A program made the position numbers and the translations under genes. From NCBI RefSeq assembly GCF_028641065.1, contig NC_073396.1, forward strand, positions 11,098,001 to 11,162,000: 64,000 nt of DNA, in the 5' to 3' direction. Shown in pieces: positions 25,571 through 38,114 of this stretch. The notes under the pieces were generated by a model, which saw only the letters and a program-made list of their open reading frames with translations, did not search any database and was not told the origin of the DNA. This DNA is from Leucoraja erinacea. Taxonomy: Eukaryota. Every line of letters starts with the position of its first letter. The first letter of the stretch is position 1.

Positions 25571-25706
25571 AGAAATCAATTACATCCATCTCCTTCTTTC
25601 ATCATCATCCATCGGATATCCCTTTTTCAGCCCACACCGCTGGAGCCATTCCCCTCTCGCGGTCTACACTTTATCACAGACCATCCCATCATTCCCCCAC
25701 TCTTGA

Positions 25707-26173
25707 AGGGCCTGGCCTACTTGGGCGACCTAATCTGCGAGTTCTGACGAGTTTACCCTCGACTCGTACTCGCAGCATGGTCATCACGAGGTCGTAGGAG
25801 GTCTTCGTAACTCTCCTTCATGCTCGAGAGTGGTCTCCGCGTACTCGAGGCCTCTGCTACGTCGCGGCGGTTTTTTCAATGTTAAAAAATGGCTGCGAGT
25901 AAAAAAAGGTTGCCATGGAAAAAAACAATACTTATTTTATTCGTAGGTTTAGTCGTAGTAGGTCGGCATGTTGGTCGTAAGTAATCGAGGGAAGTCGAAG
26001 GTAGTCGTAAGGGAGGTCGAAGGAGATAGTCTTCACTCTCCACTATTCGGTGTCCAATTTTCCCGAAGTTAGTCGAAGCTGGTCTTCAACATAGTCGAAG
26101 GAGGTCTTCAACATGTCATTATTTCAAACTCTTCTAAACTTGGCAATTAAGTCACCCAAGTGGGACAGCCCCT
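25707..26173. mobile_element. PIF/Harbinger-like MITE
   Basis: 28-bp TIR AGGGCCTG(G/T)CC(T/C)ACTTGGG(C/T)GAC(C/T)TAAT with ~5 mismatches; TGA/TTA 3-bp flanks; internal GTCGTA/GTCGAA repeats. Confidence 0.65.
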
Positions 26174-26683
26174 TTACTACAACTTTAATCTCATTATCCT
26201 GGTTCTCGAGATAACTCAGATACTCCAACATTTTGTGAACTTTTAATCTTCTCCACATTTTTGATACAAGATCAGCAACCTGAAACGTTAACTGTTCCCC
26301 TCTCCACAAATGCTGTGGAATCCGAGTATTAAATCGCTCTGCTTGTTCAAGTAACAGTGTTTCAGACACTACTTTCACGGTACAATTTCTGCAGGCTGCG
26401 TCTCCAGACTGATGGCACTCGACTCGACGTCTCGGGAAGTTTGGGATTTCTACATTTACACGAGCGATTCGATTGTCAATTTGGCTCTTGCCGCAAAAGA
26501 ATAATGTATTCTTCCTGGAGGGAAACCACGTTAACTATTAAAACAACTGTAACGAGCTCAGTTCAAACTATGTAAGAGGATGGAGGAAATAAAACTTAGC
26601 GCAGAATGACAAGAGAAGGGATCTGCTAGCTGGGAATTCCTCCATGACAGCAAGAGAGGCAACACAAGTCGGAGGCCAACTCA

Positions 26684-26818
<135 letters not shown>

Positions 26819-27330
26819 TCATAGGATCTGTAGAACGGAGAGAAAGATTAGACATGACGATGTTCCACTTAATGCCGCCAATCTCCACGGCACTTTGTCT
26901 CTTGCCACCTCCTCCCTTCCTTGCTAACTCACTCACTCACTCGTATTCCCGCCCTTCCGGCATTAGTGGCGGCGCTGTGGCTCCCAAAAGGGAACACTCC
27001 AACCGACCAGAATTTTCATAATGGAATGGCGGCTGTCTAGCCCAGTCCAACCGACCGAGCACCCATCTCGGGAGTCCAGTACCATACTTTATCTTCTGGC
27101 ACAATTAACGAGGGCAGCACACAATGCCTGATTGTTTATTCCTTTTTCGGCCGGGTAGCCGCCCGGATCAGAAATAACGCGGAATAAACGCAATTCACTG
27201 GCAAAACAAAGCGATCAAAATAACACGAGGGCGAAAAAAGAGGTTAAAAATACTAGCATTGTCGATGTCTTGTTTACAAAGAACCGCACAGCGTTTACAG
27301 ATCCTCACCACGGGCGCTCGCTACTGCAGG

Positions 27331-27443
27331 TACTTATATCCCGCCTGACGTCACTCCCGGGCCAACGTTCCATAGTGTTGTTCCTTGCAGGCTATTGGCC
27401 AAGTCAATTGTAATGTAACAATAAACAACCCTGGCCCCGCCCC
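27331..27443 (-). promoter_or_regulatory. H3.3 core promoter: TATA, CRE, CCAAT, GC box
   Basis: Minus-strand TATAAGTA at 27338-27331, palindromic TGACGTCA at 27346-27353, CCAAT near 27394-27398, GGGGCGGGG near 27435-27443. Predicted TSS ~27308; candidate non-coding-exon donors at ~27087 and ~26940. Confidence 0.7.
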
Positions 27444-28726
27444 CTCAATGTCTCACTCTCACCTTGATGACAAATACAGGAAGATAAACACAATATGCTG
27501 GAGTAACTTATTAGCGAGGCAGGCAGCATCTCTGGAGAGCAGAAATTGGTGACGTTTCGGGTCGAGACCCTTGTTCGGACACGTTCTTACAAATACAGGA
27601 ATTGTTGCAGTGGCCAAAAACTTTCCTCTCCCTCCAAAATATGTCCAGGCCTTACACTTACCTTTTGAATATAATTTGACTTTAAATAACTCGTTTTACT
27701 TCAAAGTTACCAAATATCTAAACAAAATTAAAATAAATCTAGAAACAAGGACCTGCAGATCAAATATACTAATGCAGATGCTGGTTTACAAATAAGGACT
27801 CAACGTGCTGGAGTAACTCAGCAGGTCAGTCTCTGGAGAACATGGGTAGGTGATGTTTCAGGCATGGACACTCAGACCCAAAATCTCAGAGTGGTGGGGG
27901 TGGGGAGAAGAGATATCAATCATGGGAGGCATCGAGGGTGCTGGTTGTAAGTGGGCAACCCCACTGACTTTTCAAAACGGAAACACAGGAGGATCTATCA
28001 TCTATCAAAAGCTATCATGTTCCCTGCCTAGACCTTTAGATGATTCACTGGTCAGGCCTAGGAGCAGTCTGTTGAACTAGAGCTAACATAGACATAAAAT
28101 GTTGGAGTAACTCGGCGGGACAGGCAGCATTGCTGGAGAGAACGAATGGGCGATGTTTTGGGTGGAGCTGAGCTGGTCATCTTATTAATTAATCTGCTCT
28201 GCACATATCAGCATCTCACCCACAGGCAATATCCTTTATTTATAATCCATGATAAATTGAAATTACTTTAGCAATTCAATGGAATAAGCTTACCCACTTC
28301 TCCTCTTGAATAGGGAGGTTTCACGGCAGTCGGGTCACGACCCATGACCCGTACTGTTGCTACACTACTCCAAGTGGATTACACGCGATGAACCGCAGGT
28401 AGGCACTTACCATTCTTTCCAGCATAGCGGGCCCGTTAAAACCCGCCGAAATTGTCAATTTTTGCGCTGTAAATAATTATGGAAATCAGGATAAGCGTGT
28501 GAGACATTTAGCCTACTTCAGAATTCCAAAAGTGAGGAGAAATGACAGTAAATAGAAGCGAGAGCTGAAGGGACAACAACAGACAGTGCTTAGCGAACAT
28601 TGGCCGTTTGCTAGCCCTTGCTGTCTCCTCCCCTTCCTTAACCCTCGAGCTGTCTCCTCCCATCCCCCCGCCCTCGGGCTCCTCCTCCTCCCTTTTTCCT
28701 TCCTTCTCCCCCCCCACCCCCCATCA

Positions 28727-29930
28727 CTCGTCTCTATCTCCGCGCCTCTCAGCTTCGTCTTCTTCTCTGTCTTTCTGGCGTCTCTTCTCCTGCCCGCGCC
28801 TTCGGGTCTGGTTCTTCCTCTTTACTGCGTGCGGTCGTCTCTTCGTGTTCTTCTTCTCTTCGTCTCGGCTTCTCAGTCTTTCTTTGCTTGCGTGCCTGCG
28901 TTCTCTTTCGTCCTGTCGTCTACTTCTGCTGTCTCTCTCGGTCTTGCTTCTCGCTCTCTTTCGCGTCTCTCTTCTCGGTCGCGCGCTTGTCCTCTTCTTT
29001 CTCTCGCTTCTCGTCCGCCTTCTTCGCGCTTCTGTCGCTGCGTCTCGTTCTGCTTCGTCTTCTTGCTTCTCTTCGCGTCTGGCGTCTTCTTTCGTCTCGT
29101 TCTGCGTCGCTCGCCGCTGCTGCTCTCCTTCTCGTTCTCTTTCTTCTTCTTCTTCCTGTCCTTCGCTGTCTTCTTCTTGCGCGCGCTCTTCTGCCTCTTC
29201 GTTCTTCTCTGCTGTCTGTCTCTCTTCGTCTTTACTTTCTCCGTCTTCTTTTCCGGCGTTCCTGGCTCGCTGTTGTTTCTCGCCGTCTGCTTCTGCGCTC
29301 TTCTTCTTCTTCTCTTCTTCTATCTTCGCCTCTTCTCTCTTCTGCGCGTCCGGCGTCTTCTTCTTCTCTTCTCGTCTGCTTTGCTCTTTCATGCTTCTGC
29401 TCTCTGCTTCTCGCGTCGTCTTCGTGCTTTCGGTCCTCGCCTTCTCTCGCTTCTCTTGCTTCTTTTCTCTTCTTCCTTTGGGGGACAAATGGCTTTCGCT
29501 GCGTCCTCGGCTGCTCTCTTCTCTTCTTGTGCCTTTCTCTTCTTTTCTTCTTCGTCTTCTTCATCCTTCGCTCGGTCTTTCTTCGCTGGCTGTCTTCTCG
29601 CGGTCTCTTCCTTCTGCTCTCTTCTCTTCTTCGTCTGTCGTCTTGCGTTCTTCGTCGGCTGACTCGTCTTTTCTTCTCGCTTCTCTTCTCTCTTGTCTCC
29701 TGCGTCTGTGCTGTGTCTCGCCTTCGCGCTCGTCTGGCCTTCGTCGCTCTTCTTTCGCTCCCACTTTCCGCGCTTTCTCGCCCTCTTCGGCTGCTTGCGT
29801 GCCTTCTTCGCTCTCTTTCTCGGCGGTCTCTGGTGCGCGCTCTCTACCTCTCTTTTCTCTTCTTCTTTTCTTCGTCTCTTGGCGGCGCTTCCGCCGCAGC
29901 GGCTTCTTGCGTCTGGTCTCTTCTTCTCGC
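28727..29930. other. Aperiodic, adenine-depleted, CpG-rich low-complexity block inserted in a Penelope tail
   Basis: About 17 A in ~1204 nt by manual count. The flanks CCCCATCA | GTCTG(G)AAGAAGGGTTTCGGCCCGAAAC rejoin to the ATCAGTCTGAAGAAGGG seen intact at 19698-19714. Confidence 0.85.
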
Positions 29931-32900
29931 GTCTGGAAGAAGGGTTTCGGCCCGAAACGTCGCCTATTTCCTTCACTCCATAGATGCTGCTGCACCCGCT
30001 GAGTTTCTCCAGCAATTTTGTGTACCCCCTATAGAGCACTTTTGTTATTGACCTGGTAAGTTGCCAGGATGAGGCAGCTTTCAAGCAAGACGTACTTAAA
30101 GTAGCTACCCTCACCCACTCCTATTAATTCAGTTCACTACAGCCTGAACATAACATGAAGTGTGGTCCAGTGTATGCATGGTGGTTTCCAATGATTCAGA
30201 GATGAATATCACCGTAACTCATTCAGACACATTAATAAGCACCAAAGTGTAAAATGAATAAAACCCAATGATGCTTTAAGTACATTGTGTAAGAGGATAA
30301 CTCAGGAAGTTTTGTAGCCCATTGGTGAGTAAAAGTGTTACCTATATGAAGAGGCAGTGGATGTAGGTAAAATGAATGTGTTGCGACGGTGTTTAAAAAG
30401 AGGGGAAGGAGAGGGGGTGGGGGAATGCTTATCATGCAGCTGATGAAAAAGTGTTTTAAATATTGTTGACATAAACACAGTAAGGGAGGAAGCATCAGGT
30501 ATAGATTGTCCAAAACTGGCTACCTCATCAATCTTGAGTGAAATATTTGCTAACCTGCTAAACAAAGAAAAGGAGAAAAATTGTGGAGGCTTTGACTACA
30601 ATGTTTCTGTTAGGCCCGCTAACACTGAACTGTTGTTTAAAAGGGGATGAGATAAACCAAGTAGTTAAAGGGGACTTAGTTTAATTGTGTTGATGAACAA
30701 ATTACTGGAATAACTTCTGATGACTAAGCCTTCATTCTGAAAGACAAAGATTAATTAAGACTTGATGGGCCAAATGGCCTATTTTTCTCCTATCATTAAT
30801 GAACATTTGTAGTAAATGCCTACTATGTTCTGTGTGCTGAAGCAAAGCAAGAATTTCATTGTCCTATCAGGGACACATAACAATAAACTCACTTGAACTT
30901 GAACATTATTATTATTGCCAGTCTCACTCCATTAATGACCTATGGTTACTTTTGACCAGGAACTTAAATGGGCCGGCCACAAATACTGCGTCAAAACCTA
31001 GAAAACAGGTTGGCATGAGCTAAATGTGACAAGTAACATTCTCACCTTGACAATGCGAGGCATGACCAAGAGGTGATTATGAGTAAGTGGGTATCCTAAT
31101 GTGAATGACTCACCTCCTGGCTGTCCAAAGTTTCCACACCATATACAAGGTTTAAACTACACTTGCCTGGATGAGTGTAGCTCCAGCAATTCTTAAGGAG
31201 CACAGTTTTATCTAGGACAAAGCTACCCATTGATCAGCACTCCACCCATTAGTCTAAAAATTCATATATTTAATCACTGCAGTCTGTGCCACCTAAAAAA
31301 TGCCTCAGTTACTCGCCAAAGTAACTCCAACAGTATCTCCCAAACCTGAAAGACTGGAGGTTTGGGACCATCGACATCTGTAAGTTTCCCACCAAAACAC
31401 TTAATCCAGATTTGGAAATATGTTGCTATTTCTTCACCATAATTCTGAACTCCGAAACACTTTCTTGAACTACTCCAATGTGAGAAATGCTTTTTAGCGT
31501 TGCTACGACAGATGAGAGCAGATTGCGTGTAGTTCGTTCATTAACCAAGCAGTGAGGCACGGGCATCTTTTACGAAAATGGCCCGGGGCAAGTTGATTCA
31601 CGGTTCAGGTTGAGTGGCTGCTGGGAACATTCTGGACCGGAAACGTCGGCATTTCTAGGAATGAATATACGTTCCAGTTGGATGTTCAGGAACTTGTTTG
31701 ATCATGAAGTTGATTGGTTACAGAATTGCAGCAAGGTGTCAAACTACTTCAAACAGCTCCGCCCCATGCCCCGTTACGGAGGTGCAACATTTTCGGTCAT
31801 CAAATACTGCTGGAAGGGTCCCGATCCAAAACGTCGTCTATCCATTCCATCCACAGGTGCTGCCTGACCCGCTGGGTTCCTCCAGCATTTTGTTTTTTGC
31901 TCAAGATTCCAGCATCAGCAGTTCCTTGTAACTCCACAGCCAACATCCATTGATAACAGTGAGGAGATTGATAACATCCGAGGTCAGGATCGAACACGGA
32001 GTCGCTGAAACAGGGGTGCGAGCGCTAACTGCTGCGCCGCGGTGTCGCTCAGTGCTGCTACAAACCCACTGATTCGGTACTTTGGGCTGACCAAGTACCT
32101 TAAATCCCGAATCCGAGACTGCAATCGGCTGCCTAGGCTGACCCGAGTAATCGCTGTGTCCTTAGGGAAGTCGCCCCTTTAGATGTTAAAACAAAATATC
32201 TGCCTCTTCAGCTGTTCAAAGGATACGGAAAACCTCAGCGTTGTTTGGAGTAACGAGTACTTCAGGCGCTACGAGCGTTTTCTCTCAGCTGCTCGCTGAC
32301 AATCTGACTCAGCGCGTTGAGTCACCACAACAATAGCAACTCCACGTGTTATGTGGGAGTGCAATGTATACGGACGGTGGTTCTCAATAACATTTGCAAC
32401 GTTTGCCTTGAGTCATCAGCCACAACAAGCATCACGGTAATATGGAGGCAGGGTCCCAACCCGAAACATCGCCTGTCCAGTCTGAAGAAGGATCTAGACC
32501 CGAAACGTCACATATTTATTTTCTGCAGATGCTGCTGACCCGCTGAGTTACTCCAGCTTTTTTGTGTTTATCTTCTCTTTCCAGGTGCTGCCGGATTCAC
32601 CGAGTTACTCCAGTAATTTGCATATTGTATGTTATGGAGTTCAAAATCAAATTATTCTATTTAAAGTAATTGTACTTTCACGATCACATCGGTTCAACCT
32701 AATAATGTAGTTATTATTTCGACAGCACTCTTGTTCGACCTGCGAAAAATCAAAATCGCCTTCATAGTCTGTGGTTATTTAGCGAAATATAGACCAGTAA
32801 ATGTTAGTCATCGACACAAAATGCTGGAGTAATTCAGAGGGACCAGCAACATCTCTGGAGAGAAGGAATGGGTGACGTTTCGGGCCGAGACCCTTCTTCA

Positions 32901-33297
32901 GACCCCTAAACGTCGTCCATTCCTTCTCTTCATTGTGTCATTTTATGTCTATCTGCGGTGTGTAACCAGCATCTGTAGTTCCTAGCTACAAACGTTATTG
33001 GCATAGTCCACTTCTTCGTTCAGCTTAAAGCCACATCCTCTTATTTTTCAACGACAATTTAATTACAGACAGCACTACAGACTTACAAAACGGAACAAGT
33101 GTTAATCAAACATTTTGACATACGAGGCGATAATGGCGACATGCTTGGGCGTTCTCCCGGGCCTCCCTCGGCGATTTACTCGGGCGCTCCCCGCCACTTG
33201 CCCGAGTGCTGACCCGATCTGCCCGCCACTTGCCCGGTCTCCGCGCCACCCCCTTTGTCTCTCTCCCCACCACTTGCCCGAGCGCTGTCACGGTATC

Positions 33298-33620
33298 CCC
33301 GCCACTAGTCTCCCCCGGGTCTCCCCGCCACTGGCCCGTCTCCCCCGGGTCTCCCCGCCACTAGCCCGGGTCTCCCCGCCACTAGCCCGGGTCTCTCCGC
33401 CACTTGCCCGGGTCTCCCCGCCACTAGCCCGGGTCTCCCCGCCACTGGCCCGTCTCCACCGGGTCTCCCCGCCACTTGCCCGGGTCTCCCCGCCACTTGC
33501 CCGGGTCTACCCGCCACTTGCCCGGGTCTACCCGCCACTAGCCCGGGTCTACCCGCCACTTGCCCGGGTCTCCCCGCCACTAGCCCGGGTCTACCCGCCA
33601 CTTGCCCGGGTCTACCCGAG
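33298..33620 (+). repeat. 21-bp minisatellite, ~14 units
   Basis: Unit CCGCCACT(A/T/G)GCCCGGGTCT(C/A)C; two units carry a 9-bp extension. Confidence 0.95.
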
Positions 33621-33729
33621 TCTCACCCCGGACTCCAGCCACGTGTCCCGAGCCGGCGTTTGAACCGTCCCGCCAATTACCCGGCGCGCTCCGCGCCGCG
33701 CACGCGCACTCCATTGTTTTGACTAAAAA

Positions 33730-33794
33730 ATGCCGTCGGTTTCGAAAGCTGCGCCGAGCGCTTCTCCTCAGACCGAGAAACCGTCTCACTACAC
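33730..33794 (+). CDS. UNKL: Unkempt-like zinc finger protein, coding exon 1
   Basis: MPSVSKAAPSASPQTEKPSHY(T) resembles human UNKL MPSVSKAAAAALSGSPPQTEKPTHY; gtaggt donor. Confidence 0.92.
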
Positions 33795-34080
33795 GTAGGT
33801 ACCGAGGCCCGCCGCAGCGCGACCGCCCCGAACGCCCTGCAACCCGCCCGTGGCGGACAAAACCCCCCAACGGCAGGAAACCTGCAGTGCAGATCTCATT
33901 TCACGACAGCTAATTTAGCTTCGGAGTAGCGACCCTCCCCCGCCCGCCAGGCCCAGGCCTCAGCCCCCCCGCCCCCCCGCAAGCCCGTCCTCACACCCCC
34001 TCACCGCGTCCCACGGACCCATCTCGCGGCCTGCACGTCCGTCCCAGTCGCTTGCCAATCTGCAACCCTTGATTTTGCAG

Positions 34081-34290
34081 ATACCTTAAGGAGTTCCGCA
34101 CGGAGCAATGCCCGCTCTTCTTGCAGCACAAGTGCGCCCAGCACAGGCCCTTCACCTGCTTCCACTGGCATTTCCTGAACCAGCGACGGCGGAGGCCCAT
34201 CAGAAGGCGGGACGGCACCTTCAACTACAGCCCGGACGTCTATTGCACCAAATACGACGAGACGACAGGGATCTGCCCGGACGGAGACGA
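34081..34290 (+). CDS. UNKL: UNKL exon 2
   Basis: YLKEFRTEQCPLFLQHKCAQHRPFTCFHWHFLNQRRRRPIRRRDGTFNYSPDVYCTKYDETTGICPDGD; CCCH fingers; 210 bp. Confidence 0.96.
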
Positions 34291-37200
34291 GTGAGTGGAT
34301 CGGGCTGTGTTTTGTACTGGGGCCGCGGGAGATGTGTTGCGAAGAAGTAGGGCCCGCCCCCTTCAGGGGCTTCGCGGTTGCCACTGACTGGGGGTTCGGG
34401 GCAGTGGGTTCTGAGTCAATGGAATGGACGGCGGGGTTGTTTAAATTGTTGACTGGGGTCTGCGTTTTCCATTGTGTGGCCATTTGTCCTGATGTTGATG
34501 CACGGCATGTTAGGTTTCTCTGCCTCGGATTCCTGGAGTTTCCTTGGATTCCGTGATTTGGAAAAAGCTTATTGCAATTTGTGCACAAGTTGTCTCCGTG
34601 TGATGCCAACATCATTCACTGTTTATACACGAACTAAAACACTGCATCTGAATTTATTTCGGACCCATTCATAACGATATTTTGGATGGTAAAGTAACAA
34701 CAAATCATTAAGACTGAGTGAACGTGGGAGTGAGTCAGATTGGTTCTAGGTAACGAATTTGCTTATTTCATTTTGTTCATTTTAGTCACTGACTCTGAGA
34801 GCCATTTATTATATTTTGAGAGCCGATGAAGTCGGTGTGTTTTAACGCAGGTCATGGGCTTAAAATGCTGTAGTGGGTTCACATGACTGCATGTGTAATT
34901 TTGTTTATCAGATGTCACTCATTTTTTCTTTTCACCTCAAGTCCCATGGTTCCTTATCTACATCAATAGATGCACATTGCTGCGAGAGTGTAGAACTACT
35001 TTTTGACAATGTTGTATGGTATATGGTTTCCTGTTTTTTGCCTGTTCAAGTTTTAGATTAAATATTAAATTAATTCTTTAATGTAACAGGTTTTTAAAGG
35101 GTAAATTACTTTTGAACTCTATACGATAGCAGTTGAGAAAACATTTTCTGAGGTTAAAGCCTGTCAACAATGCTGCATTTTGCAATACACGTTATCAAAT
35201 GTGAATCTGCAAACAAATGGAAACCTTAAAGTTTCTTTGTAGTGAGATGTTTTTTTCCCCTGCACTTGAAGCTCTTTGGAATGGCTTTTTCTGGTAACGT
35301 AAAAAAGAGAAGATAGTTATTTAATAGTTTCATGATCTTAGTCCCAAAAGGTATCACAGCCAATTAAATATGTTTAGTAACTTTATAGGTGTATGGTTTA
35401 TTTCTGCTCATTGGTTTTAATTTCATGGAGATATCATTTGAAAATGTATAACTTGAATTGTTTATAGTTATGTGGCGCATTTTGTTTAAACAATTCTTTA
35501 TAAAATATAGTTTTATATATTGACTGAAGATAGGTTGAATGCCTACCATAAAATTTTAATTTGTATCATTACATTAATTTAGTTTGCTATAGGACTATCT
35601 GATCTTATAGTTGCATAATATGGACTCTGAGCTCACCAAATGATCCTTTTTTGATGCCTGCAAATGTGACGGGATTGTATTTTGGTTTGAAGTCATTCTT
35701 ACAAACGCATGTGTTTTACTTATGGCTGAATAGTGGCAATAGGATACAATTTGTTGTTACCCGTAAACAAAATATCAATCTGAACTAACATTTCAGTACA
35801 TTGGTGTATATTTTGTCAAATTTATGATTCTTTTAAAAAGTGACAATTTCTGTTGAAAGAGTAAACATTAGAATTTAGTATTTAAGTAAATTTGCAGGGG
35901 ATTGGGCATCGACATATACAAGTAGAAACAAAGTTTTGGGCACATAAAGGAGTGAGTGTTGGATCACATTACAGATTGGAGCTGACCAGAAAATATCAGT
36001 TTAGTTCAGTTTATTGTCACATGTACAGAGATACAGTGAAAAGCTTTTGTGTGTTATCCAGTCAGTGGAGAGACAATACATGATTACAATTGAGCCATTT
36101 ACAGTGTATAGGTACATTATAAGGGAATAACATTTAGTGCAAGGTAAAGCCAGAAAAGTCCCATCAAGGGAAAATATGAGAAATACCAAGGCAACATTGT
36201 TTTTAATATACGTGCATAAGTGAGCAAACTGAATAAGATAGGTGAGCTGCAAATCCAAATAGTTATGTGGGAATAGGATGTTGTGGCAGTAACAGAAATG
36301 TAGCTTAAATATGGTGAGGACCACGTACTCCGTGTCCTTGGATGCAAAGTGTTCAGATAAGATAAGGAAAGAAAATAATGGTGAGGCAACAGTACTGACT
36401 AGGGATATTTTGATCTGTTGGGGAGGATGTCCATTTGGTTAAAAACGGGAGGGAAAGTCGTGTGAAATGCTACTAGGTTTGTTCTCTAAGTCACCTAGTT
36501 GATGGATGAATAAGAAGCAAGTCTCCAGGGAAATTGCACATGTAATTTGGTGCAGACTTCGAAAAAGAAAATGTTGCTCAACTAACGTGATCACATTTCT
36601 GAAAAGTTTACAGGAAACAGTGGTATGGCAGTAGACTTTTTTTTAAATACACCATTTTAGACATTAATAAAGTCAGAGAATGCAAAGTCTTGGATAAATT
36701 GTTTTGGAACAGATATAATAGAAAATTGGGGTATATGGCAGTGGAAAGTAGTACTATGTATGTTCCATAAGAATTAAGGCTGGGACTGTTTGTAATTTAC
36801 GCTCGTAGTTTGGAGTCTGGTTTAAAAAGTATCATTTCTAAATTTGCAATTTGCTAAATTCTAAAATTGGTCTCGGACGGAAGAGAAGGATAATGAAGAC
36901 ACTTGCAAGGCTATGGAAATAGAATGGGAGAATGGAAAAGCTGATTGGTGATGACATGGACCCAAGAGGCTGAATGGCCACTTGTTCTGTAATGTTTTGA
37001 CACAATTAGTTGTTGTAAAGTGGAAACCGTGTTTGACCCAGCTAGGCTGACGGTGTTTAATCTCCATGCCAGTAAATTGGTTATTCACATTCATTTGTGT
37101 GATTCCCATATCTCTCTATCCATTCCCCCTTCCCCTGAGCCCGTACGTACATGCGTGTGTGCAAAGCGTGCCTCTTCGGTCACCTATCCATTCTGACTGA

Positions 37201-38114
37201 CAGATTTTGCCATATATCTCAATTCTGGCATTCCCCATTGCCATTGTCTTTGAAGTTCATAATCCTTGTTGAACTAAATAGATTGCATCAGTGGGCCTTT
37301 TTTTTGAAAAAGAAAGATATTCTAAACATTGCAATAAGCTGTTACACTGATAAGCTAGTGTATTTTCAACATAATTTGACCTATTTCTATTACATTATTT
37401 GCCTCACTAATTTTACTCTACCCCCCTCCCCCCATATTATGATCATTGTTTGTAGGGTGTGGGTAATTTTCACCATTTGGGTCCCAAATTCTGCTGTTTT
37501 CTTAGCTTTTTCTATTAGTAGCTGTTTCCATATAAAATAACTTCCAGAGGGATTGAAAGGCTTGATTATTGACAAGATGTTCCCCTCAGAAGACATGGGG
37601 ATCATTGATATTGGAAGCACCCAGTTTTACTTTTAACTGTCAATAATCACTGGTTGTTCCATGAGCACAGACTTGAATCGTGCATGTGTTCCTATTGTTC
37701 GACCACAGACTGTTATGTAAATTCTAAACAATGTAGATATCAGTAATGTAATTTCAAATTGGGAGGCAGCCAATATTGAGGAGAGCTGCAACAAACTACT
37801 GGAGCGTATCGATAAATTTATAGAATAAACAAATAATTGGCAAATAAAGTATAACTTGTAAAACTGGATACATATAATGTTAGGGGAAAAATATCACTTG
37901 GAAGATGTGATACTAGGTGTAGTGATCCTGCAGGTGGTGTAGGTGATGCCAGCAGAGCAACAAAGGGATGGCATTACTAATACACCCTTTACCTGAATGT
38001 GACATGGCTATTTTACTTAAAATCAAGTGCTCTGTTCACCATAAAAAAAGGGTATGGAGAAACCAGAAAAGGTGCAGCAAGGGTTCACGAGCATGATAGC
38101 AGAAATATGAAAAT

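Larger units (their letters stand above)
33100..34450. promoter_or_regulatory. CpG island at the UNKL 5' end
   Basis: High GC and CpG density across the upstream region, exon 1, the 286-bp intron 1 and exon 2. Confidence 0.8.

Noticed and set aside
28586-30114. Overlapping long ORFs (up to 464 aa; L/F/S-rich on +, E/K/R-rich on -)
   Set aside because: They follow from the absence of A (and of T on the minus strand), which removes stop codons. No domain, splice context or preferred frame.
33298-33620. CRISPR-like array
   Set aside because: Units are head-to-tail with no unique spacers, there are no cas genes, and the context is eukaryotic.
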